DNA from: the human T2T-CHM13v2.0 reference genome, Homo sapiens
DNA: 64,000 nucleotides
Strand: one strand, 5' to 3'
NCBI RefSeq assembly: GCF_009914755.1
Contig: NC_060935.1
Shown here: positions 53,301 through 64,000 of the stretch, one piece after another
How positions within the stretch are numbered: position 1 is the stretch's first letter
Layout: each line of letters begins with the position of its first letter
Notes under the pieces: generated by a model
The model's database searches: none
What the model was told of the DNA's origin: nothing
What the model saw: only the letters and a program-made list of their open reading frames with translations
Program-made: the position numbers and the translations under genes

Positions 53301-55450
53301 GATGGAGCAGTTTTGAAACTCTCTTTCTTTGGATTCTGCAAGTGGATATGTGGACCTCTGTGAAGATTTCGTTGGAAACGGGTTCATCTTCACAGAAAAA
53401 CTAAACAGAAGCATTCTCAGAAACTGCTTTGTTATGTTTGTGTTCCACTTCAGGAATTGAACTTTCCTCTTGACAGAGCAGCTCTGAAACCCTCTTATTC
53501 TAGAATCTGCAAGTGGACATTTGGAGGGCTTTGAGACCTGTGGTGGAAAAGGAAAATCTTCACATAAAAACTAGATGGAAGCATTCTCAGAAACTACTTT
53601 GTGATGATTGCACTCGACTCACAGAGTTGAACATTCCTATAGATAGAGCAGGTTGTAAACAATCTTTTTGTAGTATCTGAGATTGGAAATTTGGACTGCT
53701 TTGAGGCCTACTGTAGTAAAGGAAATAACTTCATCTAAAAACCAAACGGAAGCATTCACAGAGAATTCTTAGTGATCATTGCATTAAACTAACAGAGCTG
53801 AACATTCCTTTAGATGGAGCAGTTTCCAAACACACTTTCTGTAGAATCTGCAAGTGGATATTTGGACTTCTCTGAGGATTTCGTTGGAAACGGGATAAAC
53901 TTCCCAGAACTACACGGAAGCATTCTGAGAAACTTCTTTGTGATGTTTGCATTCAACTCACAGAGTTGAACCTTGCTTTCATAGTTCAGCTTTCAAACAC
54001 TCTTTTTGTAGAATCTGCAAGTGGATATTTGGACCACTTTGTGGCCTTCCTTCGAAACGGGTATATCTTCACATCAAACCTAGACAGAAGCATTCTCAGA
54101 ATGTTTCCTGTGATGACTGCATTCAACTCACAGAGGTGAACAATCCTACTGATGGAGCAGTTTTGAAACTCTCTTTCTTTGGATTCTGCAAGTGGATATG
54201 TGGACCTCTGTGAAGATTTCGTTGGAAACGGGTTCATCTTCACAGAAAAACTAAACAGAAGCATTCTCAGAAACTGCTTTGTTATGTTTGTGTTCCACTT
54301 CATGAATTGAACTTTCCTCTTGACAGAGCAGCTCTGAAACCCTCTTATTCTAGAATCTGCAAGTGGACATTTGGAGGGCTTTGAGACCTGTGGTGGAAAA
54401 GGAAAATCTTCACATAAAAACTAGATGGAAGCATTCTCAGAAACTACTTTGTGATGATTGCATTCGACTCACAGAGTTGAACATTCCTATAGATAGAGCA
54501 GGTTGTAAACAATCTTTTTGTAGAATCTGCGATTGGAAATTTGGACTGCTTTGAGGCCTACTGTAGTAAAGGAAATAACTTCATCTAAAAACCAAACGGA
54601 AGCATTCACAGACAATTCTTAGTGATCATTGGATTGAACTAACAGAGCTGAACATTCCTTTAGATGGCGCAGTTTCCAAACACACTTTCTGTAGAATCTG
54701 CAAGTGGATATTTGGACCTCTCTGAGGATTTCGTTGGAAACGGGATAAACTTCCCAGAACTACACGGAAGCATTGTGAGAAACTTCTTTGTGATGTTTGC
54801 ATTCAACTCACAGAGTTGAACCTTGCTTTCATAGTTCAGCTTTCAAACACTCTTTTTGTAGAATCTGCAAGTGGATATTTGGACCACTTTGTGGCCTTCC
54901 TTCGAAACGGGTATATCTTCACATCAAACCTAGACAGAAGCATTCTCAGAATGTTTCCTGTGATGACTGCATTCAACTCACAGAGGTGAACAATCCTGTT
55001 GATGGAGCAGTTTTGAAACTCTCTTTCTTTGGATTCTGCAAGTGGATATGTGGACCTCTGTGAAGATTTCGTTGGAAACGGGTTCATCTTCACAGAAAAA
55101 CTAAACAGAAGCATTCTCAGAAACTGCTTTGTGATGTTTGTGTTCCACTTCAGGAACTGAACTTTCCTCTTCACAGAGCAGCTCTGAAACCCTCTTTTTC
55201 TAGAATCTGCAAGTGGACATTTGGAGGGCTTTGAGGCCTGTGGTGGAAAAGGAAAATCTTCACATAAAAACTAGATGGAAGCATTCTCAGAAACTACTTT
55301 GTGATGATTGCATTCGACTCACAGAGTTGAACATTCCTATAGATAGAGCAGGTTGTAAACAATCTTTTTGTAGAATCTGCGATTGGAGATTTGGACTGCT
55401 TTGAGGCCTACTGTAGTAAAGGAAATAACTTCATCTAAAAACCAAACGGA
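50350..55450 (+). repeat. Tandem duplication of a 3-HOR unit (period 2550 bp)
   Basis: GTAGATATTT (50621/53171), CACTCGACTC (51061/53611), GAATTC (51213/53763), CATGAATTGA (51751/54301), CAGGAACTGA (52601/55151). Confidence 0.9.
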
Positions 55451-58099
55451 AGCATTCACAGACAATTCTTAGTGATCATTGCATTGAACTAACAGAGCTA
55501 AACATTCCTTTAGATGGCGCAGTTTCCAAACACACTTTCTGTAGAATCTGCAAGTGGATATTTGGACCTCTCTGAGGATTTCGTTGGAAACGGGATAAAC
55601 TTCCCAGAACTACACGGAAGCATTGTGAGAAACTTCTTTGTGATGTTTGCATTCAACTCACAGAGTTGAACCTTGCTTTCATAGTTCAGCTTTCAAACAC
55701 TCCTTTTGTAGAATCTGCAAGTGGATATTTGGACCACTTTGTGGCCTTCCTTGGAAACGGGTATATCTTCACATCAAACCTAGATAGAAGCATTCTCAGA
55801 ATGTTTCCTGTGATGACTGCATTCAACTCACAGAGGTGAACAATCCTGCTGATGGAGCAGTTTTGAAACTCTCTTTCTTTGGATTCTGCAAGTGGATATG
55901 TGGACCTCTGTGAAGATTTCGTTGGAAACGGGTTCATCTTCACAGAAAAACTAAACAGAAGCATTCTCAGAAACTGCTTTGTGATGTTTGTGTTCCACTT
56001 CAGGAATTGAACTTTCCTCTTGACAGAGCAGCTCTGAAATCCTCTTATTCTAGAATCTGCAAGTGGACATTTGGAGGGCTTTGAGGCCTGTGGTGGAAAA
56101 GGAAAATCTTCACATAAAAACTAGATGGAAGCATTCTCAGAAACTACTTTGTGATGATTGCATTCGACTCACAGAGTTGAACATTCCTATAGATAGAGCA
56201 GGTTGTAAACAATCTTTTTGTAGAATCTGCGATTGGAGATTTGGACTGCTTTGAGGCCTACTGTAGTAAAGGAAATAATTTCATCTAAAAACCAAACGGA
56301 AGCATTCACAGACAATTCTTAGTGATCATTGGATTGAACTAACAGAGCTGAACATTCCTTTAGATGGAGCAGTTTCCAAACACACTTTCTGTAGAATCTG
56401 CAAGTGGATATTTGGACTTCTCTGAGGATTTCGTTGGAAACGGGATAAACTTCCCAGAACTACACGGAAGCATTGTGAGAAACTTCTTTGCGATGTTTTC
56501 ATTCAACTCACAGAGTTGAACCTTGCTTTCATAGTTCAGCTTTCAAACACTCCTTTTGTAGAATCTGCAAGTGGATATTTGGACCACTTTGTGGCCTTCC
56601 TTCGAAAAGGGTATATCTTCACATCAAACCTAGACAGAAGCATTCTCAGAATGTTTCCTGTGATGACTGCATTCAACTCACAGAGGTGAACAATCCTGCT
56701 GATGGAGCAGTTTTGAAACTCTCTTTCTTTGGATTCTGCAAGTGGATATGTGGACCTCTGTGAAGATTTCGTTGGAAACGGGTTCATCTTCACAGAGAAA
56801 CTAAACAGAAGCATTCTCAGAAACTGCTTTGTGATGTTTGTGTTCCACTTCAAGAATTGAACTTTCCTCTTGACAGAGCAGCTCTGAAACCCTCTTATTC
56901 TAGAATCTGCAAGTGAACATTTGGAGGGCTTTGAGGCCTGTGGTGGAAAAGGAAAATCTTCACATAAAAACTAGATGGAAGCATTCTCAGAAACTACTTT
57001 GTGATGATTGCATTCGACTCACAGAGTTGAACATTCCTATAGATAGAGCAGGTTGTAAACAATCTTTTTGTAGAATCTGCGATTGGAAATTTGGACTGCT
57101 TTGAGGCCTACTGTAGTAAAGGAAATAACTTCATCTAAAAACCAAACGGAAGCATTCACAGACAATTCTTAGTGATCATTGCATTGAACTAACAGAGCTG
57201 AACATTCCTTTAGATGGCGCAGTTTCCAAACACACTTTCTGTAGAATCTGCAAGTGGATATTTGGACCTCTCTGAGGATTTCGTTGGAAACGGGATAAAC
57301 TTCCCAGAACTACACGGAAGCATTCTGAGAAACTTCTTTGTGATGTTTGCATTCAACTCACAGAGTTGAACCTTGCTTTCATAGTTCAGCTTTCAAACAC
57401 TCTTTTTGTAGAATCTGCAAGTGGATATTTGGACCACTTTGTGGCCTTCCTTCGAAACGGGTATATCTTCACATCAAACCTAGACAGAAGCATTCTCAGA
57501 ATGTTTCCTGTGATGACTGCATTCAACTCACAGAGGTGAACAATCCTGCTGATGGAGCAGTTTTGAAACTCTCTTTCTTTGGATTCTGCAAGTGGATATG
57601 TGGACCTCTGTGAAGATTTCGTTGGAAACGGGTTCATCTTCACAGAGAAACTAAACAGAAGCATTCTCAGAAACTGCTTTGTGATGTTTGTGTTCCACTT
57701 CAGGAATTGTACTTTCCTCTTGACAGAGCAGCTCTGAAGCCCTCTTATTCTAGAATCTGCAAGTTGACATTTGGAGGGCTTTGAGGCCTGTGGTGGAAAA
57801 GGAAAATCTTCACATAAAAACTAGATGGAAGCATTCTCAGAAACTACTTTGTGATGATTGCATTCGACTCACAGAGTTGAACATTCCTATAGATAGAGCA
57901 GGTTGTAAACAATCTTTTTGTAGAATCTGCGATTGGAGATTTGGACTGCTTTGAGGCCTACTGTAGTAAAGGAAATAACTTCATCTAAAAACCAAACGGA
58001 AGCATTCACAGACAATTCTTAGTGATCATTGGATTGAACTAACAGAGCTGAACATTCCTTTAGATGGAGCAGTTTCCAAACCCACTTTCTGTAGAATCT

Positions 58100-61000
58100 G
58101 CAAGTGGATATTTGGACCTCTCTGAGGATTTCTTTGGAAACATGATAAACTTCCCAGAACTACACGGAAGCATTGTGAGAAACTTCTTTGTGATGTTTGC
58201 ATTCAACTCACAGAGTTGAACCTTGCTTTCATAGTTCAGCTTTCAAACACTCTTTTTGTAGAATCTGCAAGTGGATATTTGGACCACTTTGTGGCCTTCC
58301 TTCGAAACGGGTATATCTTCACATCAAACCTAGACAGAAGCATTCTCAGAATGTTTCCTGTGATGACTGCATTCAACTCACAGAGGTGAACAATCTTGTT
58401 GATGGAGCAGTTTTGAAACTCTCTTTCTTTGGATTCTGCAAGTGGATATGTGGACCTCTGTGAAGATTTCGTTGGAAACGGGTTCATCTTCACAGAAAAA
58501 CTACACAGAAGCATTCTCAGAAACGGCTTTGTCATGTTTGTGTTCCACTTCAGGAATTGAACTTTCCTCTTGACAGAGCAGCTCTGAAACCCTCTTTTTC
58601 TAGAATCTGCAAGTGGACATTTGGAGGGCTTTGAGGCCTGTGGTGGAAAAGGAAAATCTTCACATAAAAACTAGATGGAAGCATTCTCAGAAACTACTTT
58701 GTGGTGATTACATTCGACTCACAGAGTTGAACATTCCTATAGATAGAGCAGGTTGTAAACAATCTTTTTGTAGAATCTGCGATTGGAGATTTGGACTGCT
58801 TTGAGGCCTACTGTAGTAAAGGAAATAACTTCATCTAAAAACCAAACGGAAGCATTCACAGACAATTCTTAGTGATCATTGCATTGAACTAACAGAGCTG
58901 AACATTCCTTTAGATGGCGCAGTTTCCAAACACACTTTCTGTAGAATCTGCAAGTGGATATTTGGACCTCTCTGAGGATTTCGTTGGAAACGGGATAAAC
59001 TTCCCAGAACTACACGGAAGCATTGTGAGAAACTTCTTTGTGATGTTTGCATTCAACTCACAGAGTTGAACCTTGCTTTCATAGTTCAGCTTTCAAACAC
59101 TCTTTTTGTAGAATCTGCAAGTGGATATTTGGACCACTTTGTGGCCTTCCTTCGAAACGGGTATATCTTCACATCAAACCTAGACAGAAGCATTCTCAGA
59201 ATGTTTCCTGTGATGACTGCATTCAACTCACAGAGGTGAACAATCCTGCTGATGGAGCAGTTTTGAAACTCTCTTTCTTTGGATTCTGCAAGTGGATATG
59301 TGGACCTCTGTGAAGATTTCGTTGGAAACGGGTTCATCTTCACAGAAAAACTAAACAGGAGCATTCTCAGAAACTGCTATGAGATGTTTGTGTTCCACTT
59401 CAAGAATTGAACTTTCCTCTTGACAGAGCAGCTCTGAAACCCTCTTTTTCTAGAATCTGCAAGTGGACATTTGGAGGGCTTTGAGGCCTGTGGTGGAAAA
59501 GGAAAATCTTCACATAAAAACTAGATGGAAGCATTCTCAGAAACTACTTTGTGATGATTGCATTCGACTCACAGAGTTGAACATTCCTATAGATAGAGCA
59601 GGTTGTAAACAATCTTTTTGTAGAATCTGCGATTGGAGATTTGGACTGCTTTGAGGCATACTGTAGTAAAGGAAATAACTTCATCTAAAAACCAAACGGA
59701 AGCATTCACAGACAATTCTTAGTGATCATTGCATTGAACTAACAGAGCTGAACATTCCTTTAGATGGCGCAGTTTCCAAACACACTTTCTGTAGAATCTG
59801 CAAGTGGATATTTGGACCTCTCTGAGGATTTCGTTGGAAACGGGATAAACTTCCCAGAACTACACGGAAGCATTCTGAGAAACTTCTTTATGATGTTTGC
59901 ATTCAACTCACAGAGTTGAACCTTGCTTTCATAGTTCAGCTTTCAAACACTCTTTTTGTAGAATCTGCAAGTGGATATTTGGACCACTTTGTGGCCTTCC
60001 TTCGAAACGGGTATATCTTCACATCAAACTTAGACAGAAGCATTCTCAGAATGTTTCCTGTGATGACTGCATTCAACTCACAGAGGTGAACAATCCTGCT
60101 GATGGAGCAGTTTTGAAACTCTCTTTCTTTGGATTCTGCAAGTGGATATGTGGACCTCTGTGAAGATTTCGTTGGAAACGGGTTCATCTTCACAGAAAAA
60201 CTAAACAGAAGCATTCTCAGAAACTGCTTTGTGATGTTTGTGTTCCACTTCAGGAATTGTACTTTCCTCTTGACAGAGCAGCTCTGAAAACCTCTTTTTC
60301 TAGAATCTGCAAGTGGACATTTGGAGGGCTTTGAGGCCTGTGGTGGAATAGGAAAATCTTCACATAAAAACTAGATGGAAGCATTCTCAGAAACTACTTT
60401 GTGATGATTGCATTCGACTCACAGAGTTGAACATTCCTATAGATAGAGTAGGTTGTAAACAATCTTTTTGTAGAATCTGCGATTGGAGATTTGGACTGCT
60501 TTGAGGCCTACTGTAGTAAAGGAAATAACTTCATCTAAAAACCAAACGGAAGCATTCACAGACAATTCTTAGTGATCATTGCATTGAACTATCAGAGCTG
60601 AACATTCCTTTAGATGGAGCAGTTTCCAAACACACTTTCTGTAGAATCTGCAACTGGATATTTGGACTTCTCTGAGGATTTCGTTGGAAACGGGATAAAT
60701 TTCTCAGAACTACACGGAAGCATTGTGAGAAACTTCTTTGTGATGTTTGCATTCAACTCACAGAGTTGAACCTTGCTTTCATAGTTCAGCTTTCAAACAC
60801 TCTTTTTGTAGAATCTGCAAGTGGATATTTGGACCACTTTGTGGCCTTCCTTCGAAACGGGTATATCTTCACATCAAACCTAGACAGAAGCATTCTCAGA
60901 ATGTTTCCTGTGATGACTGCATTCAAGTCACAGAGGTGAACAATCCTGTTGATGGAGCAGTTTTGAAACTCTCTTTCTTTGGATTCTGCAAGTGGATATG

Positions 61001-64000
61001 TGGACCTCTGTGAAGATTTCGTTGGAAACGGGTTCATCTTCACAGAAAAATTAAACAGAAGCATTCTCAGAAACTGCTTTGTGATGTTTGTGTTCCACTT
61101 CAGGAATCGAACTTTCGTCTTGACAGAGCAGCTCTGAAACCCTCTTTTTCTAGAATCTGCAAGTGGACATTTGGAGGGCTTTGAGGCCTGTGGTGGAAAA
61201 GGAAAATCTTCACATAAAAACTAGATGGAAGCATTCTCAGAAACTACTTTGTGATGATTGCATTCGACTCACAGAGTTGAACATTCCTATAGATAGAGCA
61301 GGTTGTAAACAATCTTTTAGTAGAATCTGCGATTGGAGATTTGGACTGCTTTGAGGCCTACTGTAGTAAAGGAAATAACTTCATCTAAAAACCAAACGGA
61401 AGCATTCACAGACAATTCTTAGTGATCATTGCATTGAACTAACAGAGCTGAACATTCCTTTAGATGGAGCAGTTTCCAAACACACTTTCTGTAGAATCTG
61501 CAAGTGGATATTTGGACCTCTCTGAGGATTTCGTTGGAAACGGGATAAACTTCCCAGAACTACACGGAAGCATTCTGAGAAACTTCTTTGTGATGTTTGC
61601 ATTCAACTCACAGAGTTGAATCTTGCTTTCATAGTTCAGCTTTCAAACACTCTTTTTGTAGAATCTGCAAGTGGATATTTGGACCACTTTGTGGCCTTCC
61701 TTCGAAACGGGTATATCTTCACATCAAACCTAGACAGAAGCATTCTCAGAATGTTTCCTGTGATGACTGCATTCAACTCACAGAGGTGAACAATCCTGTT
61801 GATGGAGCAGTTTTGAAACTCTCTTTCTTTGGATTCTGCAAGTGGATATGTGGACCTCTGTGAAGATTTCGTTGGAAACGGGTTCATCTTCACAGAAAAA
61901 CTAAACAGAAGCATTCTCAGAAACTGCTTTGTGATGTTTGTGTTCCACTTCAGGAATCGAACTTTCGTCTTGACAGAGCAGCTCTGAAACCCTCTTTTTC
62001 TAGAATCTGCAAGTGGACATTTGGAGGGCTTTGAGGCCTGTGGTGGAAAAGGAAAATCTTCACATAAAAACTAGATGGAAGCATTCTCAGAAACTACTTT
62101 GTGATGATTGCATTCGACTCACAGAGTTGAACATTCCTATAGATACAGCAGGTTGTAAACAATCTTTTTGTAGAATCTGCGATTGGAGATTTGGACTGCT
62201 TTGAGGCCTACTGTAGTAAAGGAAATAACTTCATCTAAAAACCAAACGGAAGCATTCACAGACAATTCTTAGGGATCATTGCATTGAACTAACAGAGCTG
62301 AACATTCCTTTAGATGGCGCAGTTTCCAAACACACTTTCTGTAGAATCTGCAAGTGGATATTTGGACCTCTCTGAGGATTTCTTTGGAAACATGATAAAC
62401 TTCCCAGAACTACACGGAAGCATTGTGAGAAACTTCTTTGTGATGTTTGCATTCAACTCACAGAGTTGAACCTTGCTTTCATAGTTCAGCTTTCAAACAC
62501 TCTTTTTGTAGAATCTGCAAGTGGATATTTGGACCACTTTGTGGCCTTCCTTCGAAACGGGTATATCTTCACATCAAACCTAGACAGAAGCATTCTCAGA
62601 ATGTTTCCTGTGATGACTGCATTCAACTCACAGAGGTGAACAATCCTGTTGATGGAGCAGTTTTGAAACTCTCTTTCTTTGGATTCTGCAAGTGGATATG
62701 TGGACCTCTGTGAAGATTTCGTTGGAAACGGGTTCATCTTCACAGAAAAACTAAATAGAAGCATTCTCAGAAACTGCTTTGTCATGTTTGTGTTCCACTT
62801 CAGGAATTGAACTTTCCTCTTGACAGAGCAGCTCTGAAACCCTCTTTTTCTAGAATCTGCAAGTGGACATTTGGAGGGATTTGAGGCCTGTGGTGGAAAA
62901 GGAAAATCTTCACATAAAAACTAGATGGAAGCATTCTCAGAAACTACTTTGTGATGATTGCATTCGACTCACAGAGTTGAACATTCCTATAGATAGAGCA
63001 GGTTGTAAACAATCTTTTTGTAGAATCTGCGATTGGAGATTTGGACTGCTTTGAGGCCTACTGTAGTAAAGGAAATAACTTCATCTAAAAACCAAACGGA
63101 AGCATTCACAGACAATTCTTAGTGATCATTGCATTGAACTAACAGAGCTGAACATTCCTTTAGATGGCGCAGTTTCCAAACACACTTTCTGTAGAATCTG
63201 CAAGTGGATATTTGGACCTCTCTGAGGATTTCGTTGGAAACGGGATAAACTTCCCAGAACTACAGGGAAGCATTCTGAGAAACTTCTTTGTGATGTTTGC
63301 ATTCAACTCACAGAGTTGAACCTTGCTTTCATAGTTCAGCTTTCAAACACTCTTTTTGTAGAATCTGCAAGTGGATATTTGGACCACTTTGTGGCCTTCC
63401 TTCGAAACGGGTATATCTTCACATCAAACCTAGACAGAAGCATTCTCAGAATGTTTCCTGTGATGACTGCATTCAACTCACAGAGGTGAACAATCCTGCT
63501 GATGGAGCAGTTTTGAAACTCTCTTTCTTTGGATTCTGCAAGTGGATATGTGGACCTCTGTGAAGATTTCGTTGGAAACGGGTTCATCTTCACAGAAAAA
63601 CTAAACAGGAGCATTCTCAGAAACTGCTATGAGATGTTTGTGTTCCACTTCAAGAATTGAACTTTCCTCTTCACAGAGCAGCTCTGAAACCCTCTTTTTC
63701 TAGAATCTGCAAGTGGACATTTGGAGGGCTTTGAGGCCTGTGGTGGAAAAGGAAAATCTTCACATAAAAACTAGATGGAAGCATTCTCAGAAACTACTTT
63801 GTGATGATTGCATTCGACTCACAGAGTTGAACATTCCTATAGATAGAGCAGGTTGTAAACAATCTTTTTGTAGAATCTGCGATTGGAGATTTGGACTGCT
63901 TTGAGGCATACTGTAGTAAAGGAAATAACTTCATCTAAAAACCAAACGGAAGCATTCACAGACAATTCTTAGTGATCATTGCATTGAACTAACAGAGCTG
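58100..64000 (+). repeat. Duplicated segment at 5-HOR spacing (4250 bp); second copy runs off the window end
   Basis: Box TTTCTTTGGAAACATGA (58129/62379), GTCATG (58531/62781), AAACTGCTATGAGATG (59371/63621), TTGAGGCATA (59651/63901). Confidence 0.82.

Larger units (their letters stand above)
1..64000 (+). repeat. D11Z1: Alpha-satellite higher-order repeat array, 5-mer 850-bp HOR, about 75 tandem copies; most likely human chromosome 11 D11Z1 (SF3)
   Basis: Monomers start with alphoid CATTCTCAGAAAC-like motifs every ~170 bp. The same ORF anchor recurs at 399, 1249, 2100 ... 63297, with steps of 849-851 bp. A TCTAGA (XbaI) site occurs once per unit (801, 1651, 2502 ...). CENP-B boxes are present. 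An 0.85-kb XbaI pentamer is the established definition of D11Z1. The alpha-satellite call is near certain; the chromosome assignment is from recall. Confidence 0.95.

Noticed and set aside
22305-53768. Sporadic EcoRI sites (22305, 24855, 25193, 51213, 53763) and XbaI losses (14402, 32250, 34800)
   Set aside because: They are single-base variants, useful as markers only; no function is implied.
399-63904. Recurrent 60-149 aa ORFs on both strands (MHSTHRVEPC..., MDIWRALRPV..., MLLFSFSVKM...)
   Set aside because: They are translations of the satellite, repeat every 850 bp, mostly begin at TTG/GTG, overlap on opposite strands and are freely broken by stops and frameshifts. There is no recognisable domain or gene structure.
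1-64000. CRISPR-like or other repeat-spacer array
   Set aside because: There are no unique spacers and no cas genes; the sequence between conserved motifs is itself repeated.
1-64000. Transposon (L1/Alu) insertion or inversion within the array
   Set aside because: The 849-851 bp spacing is unbroken throughout, with no poly-A tail, target-site duplication or strand switch.
1-64000. Assignment to other SF3 arrays (DXZ1 12-mer, D17Z1 16-mer)
   Set aside because: The fundamental period is 5 monomers, with near-identity between adjacent 850-bp units.

Overview
The whole 64-kb window is primate centromeric alpha-satellite DNA. It is an uninterrupted head-to-tail array of about 75 copies of an 850-bp higher-order repeat (HOR) made of five ~170-bp monomers (171+168+170+171+170 bp). 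Nearly every HOR carries one XbaI site, and the monomers follow a B-B-B-A-A order: two canonical CENP-B boxes, one degenerate box and two box-less monomers. This fits the suprachromosomal family 3 pentamer D11Z1, the active array of human chromosome 11; that assignment comes from recalled knowledge, not a database search. I found no genes, RNA genes, transposon insertions, inversions or truncated HORs. All listed ORFs are by-products of the repeat. I did not find a new gene system. The information lies in the variants between copies: (i) nested tandem duplications of 1, 2, 3, 5 and 6 HORs; (ii) a ~42-kb central block fixed for one HOR haplotype, between flanks that share a different one; (iii) loss of one specific CENP-B box in 16 copies, clustered at 25.8-34.4 kb, while the other box is never lost; (iv) rare variant combinations recurring 15-57 kb apart. 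Variants were read by eye, so duplication boundaries are approximate.
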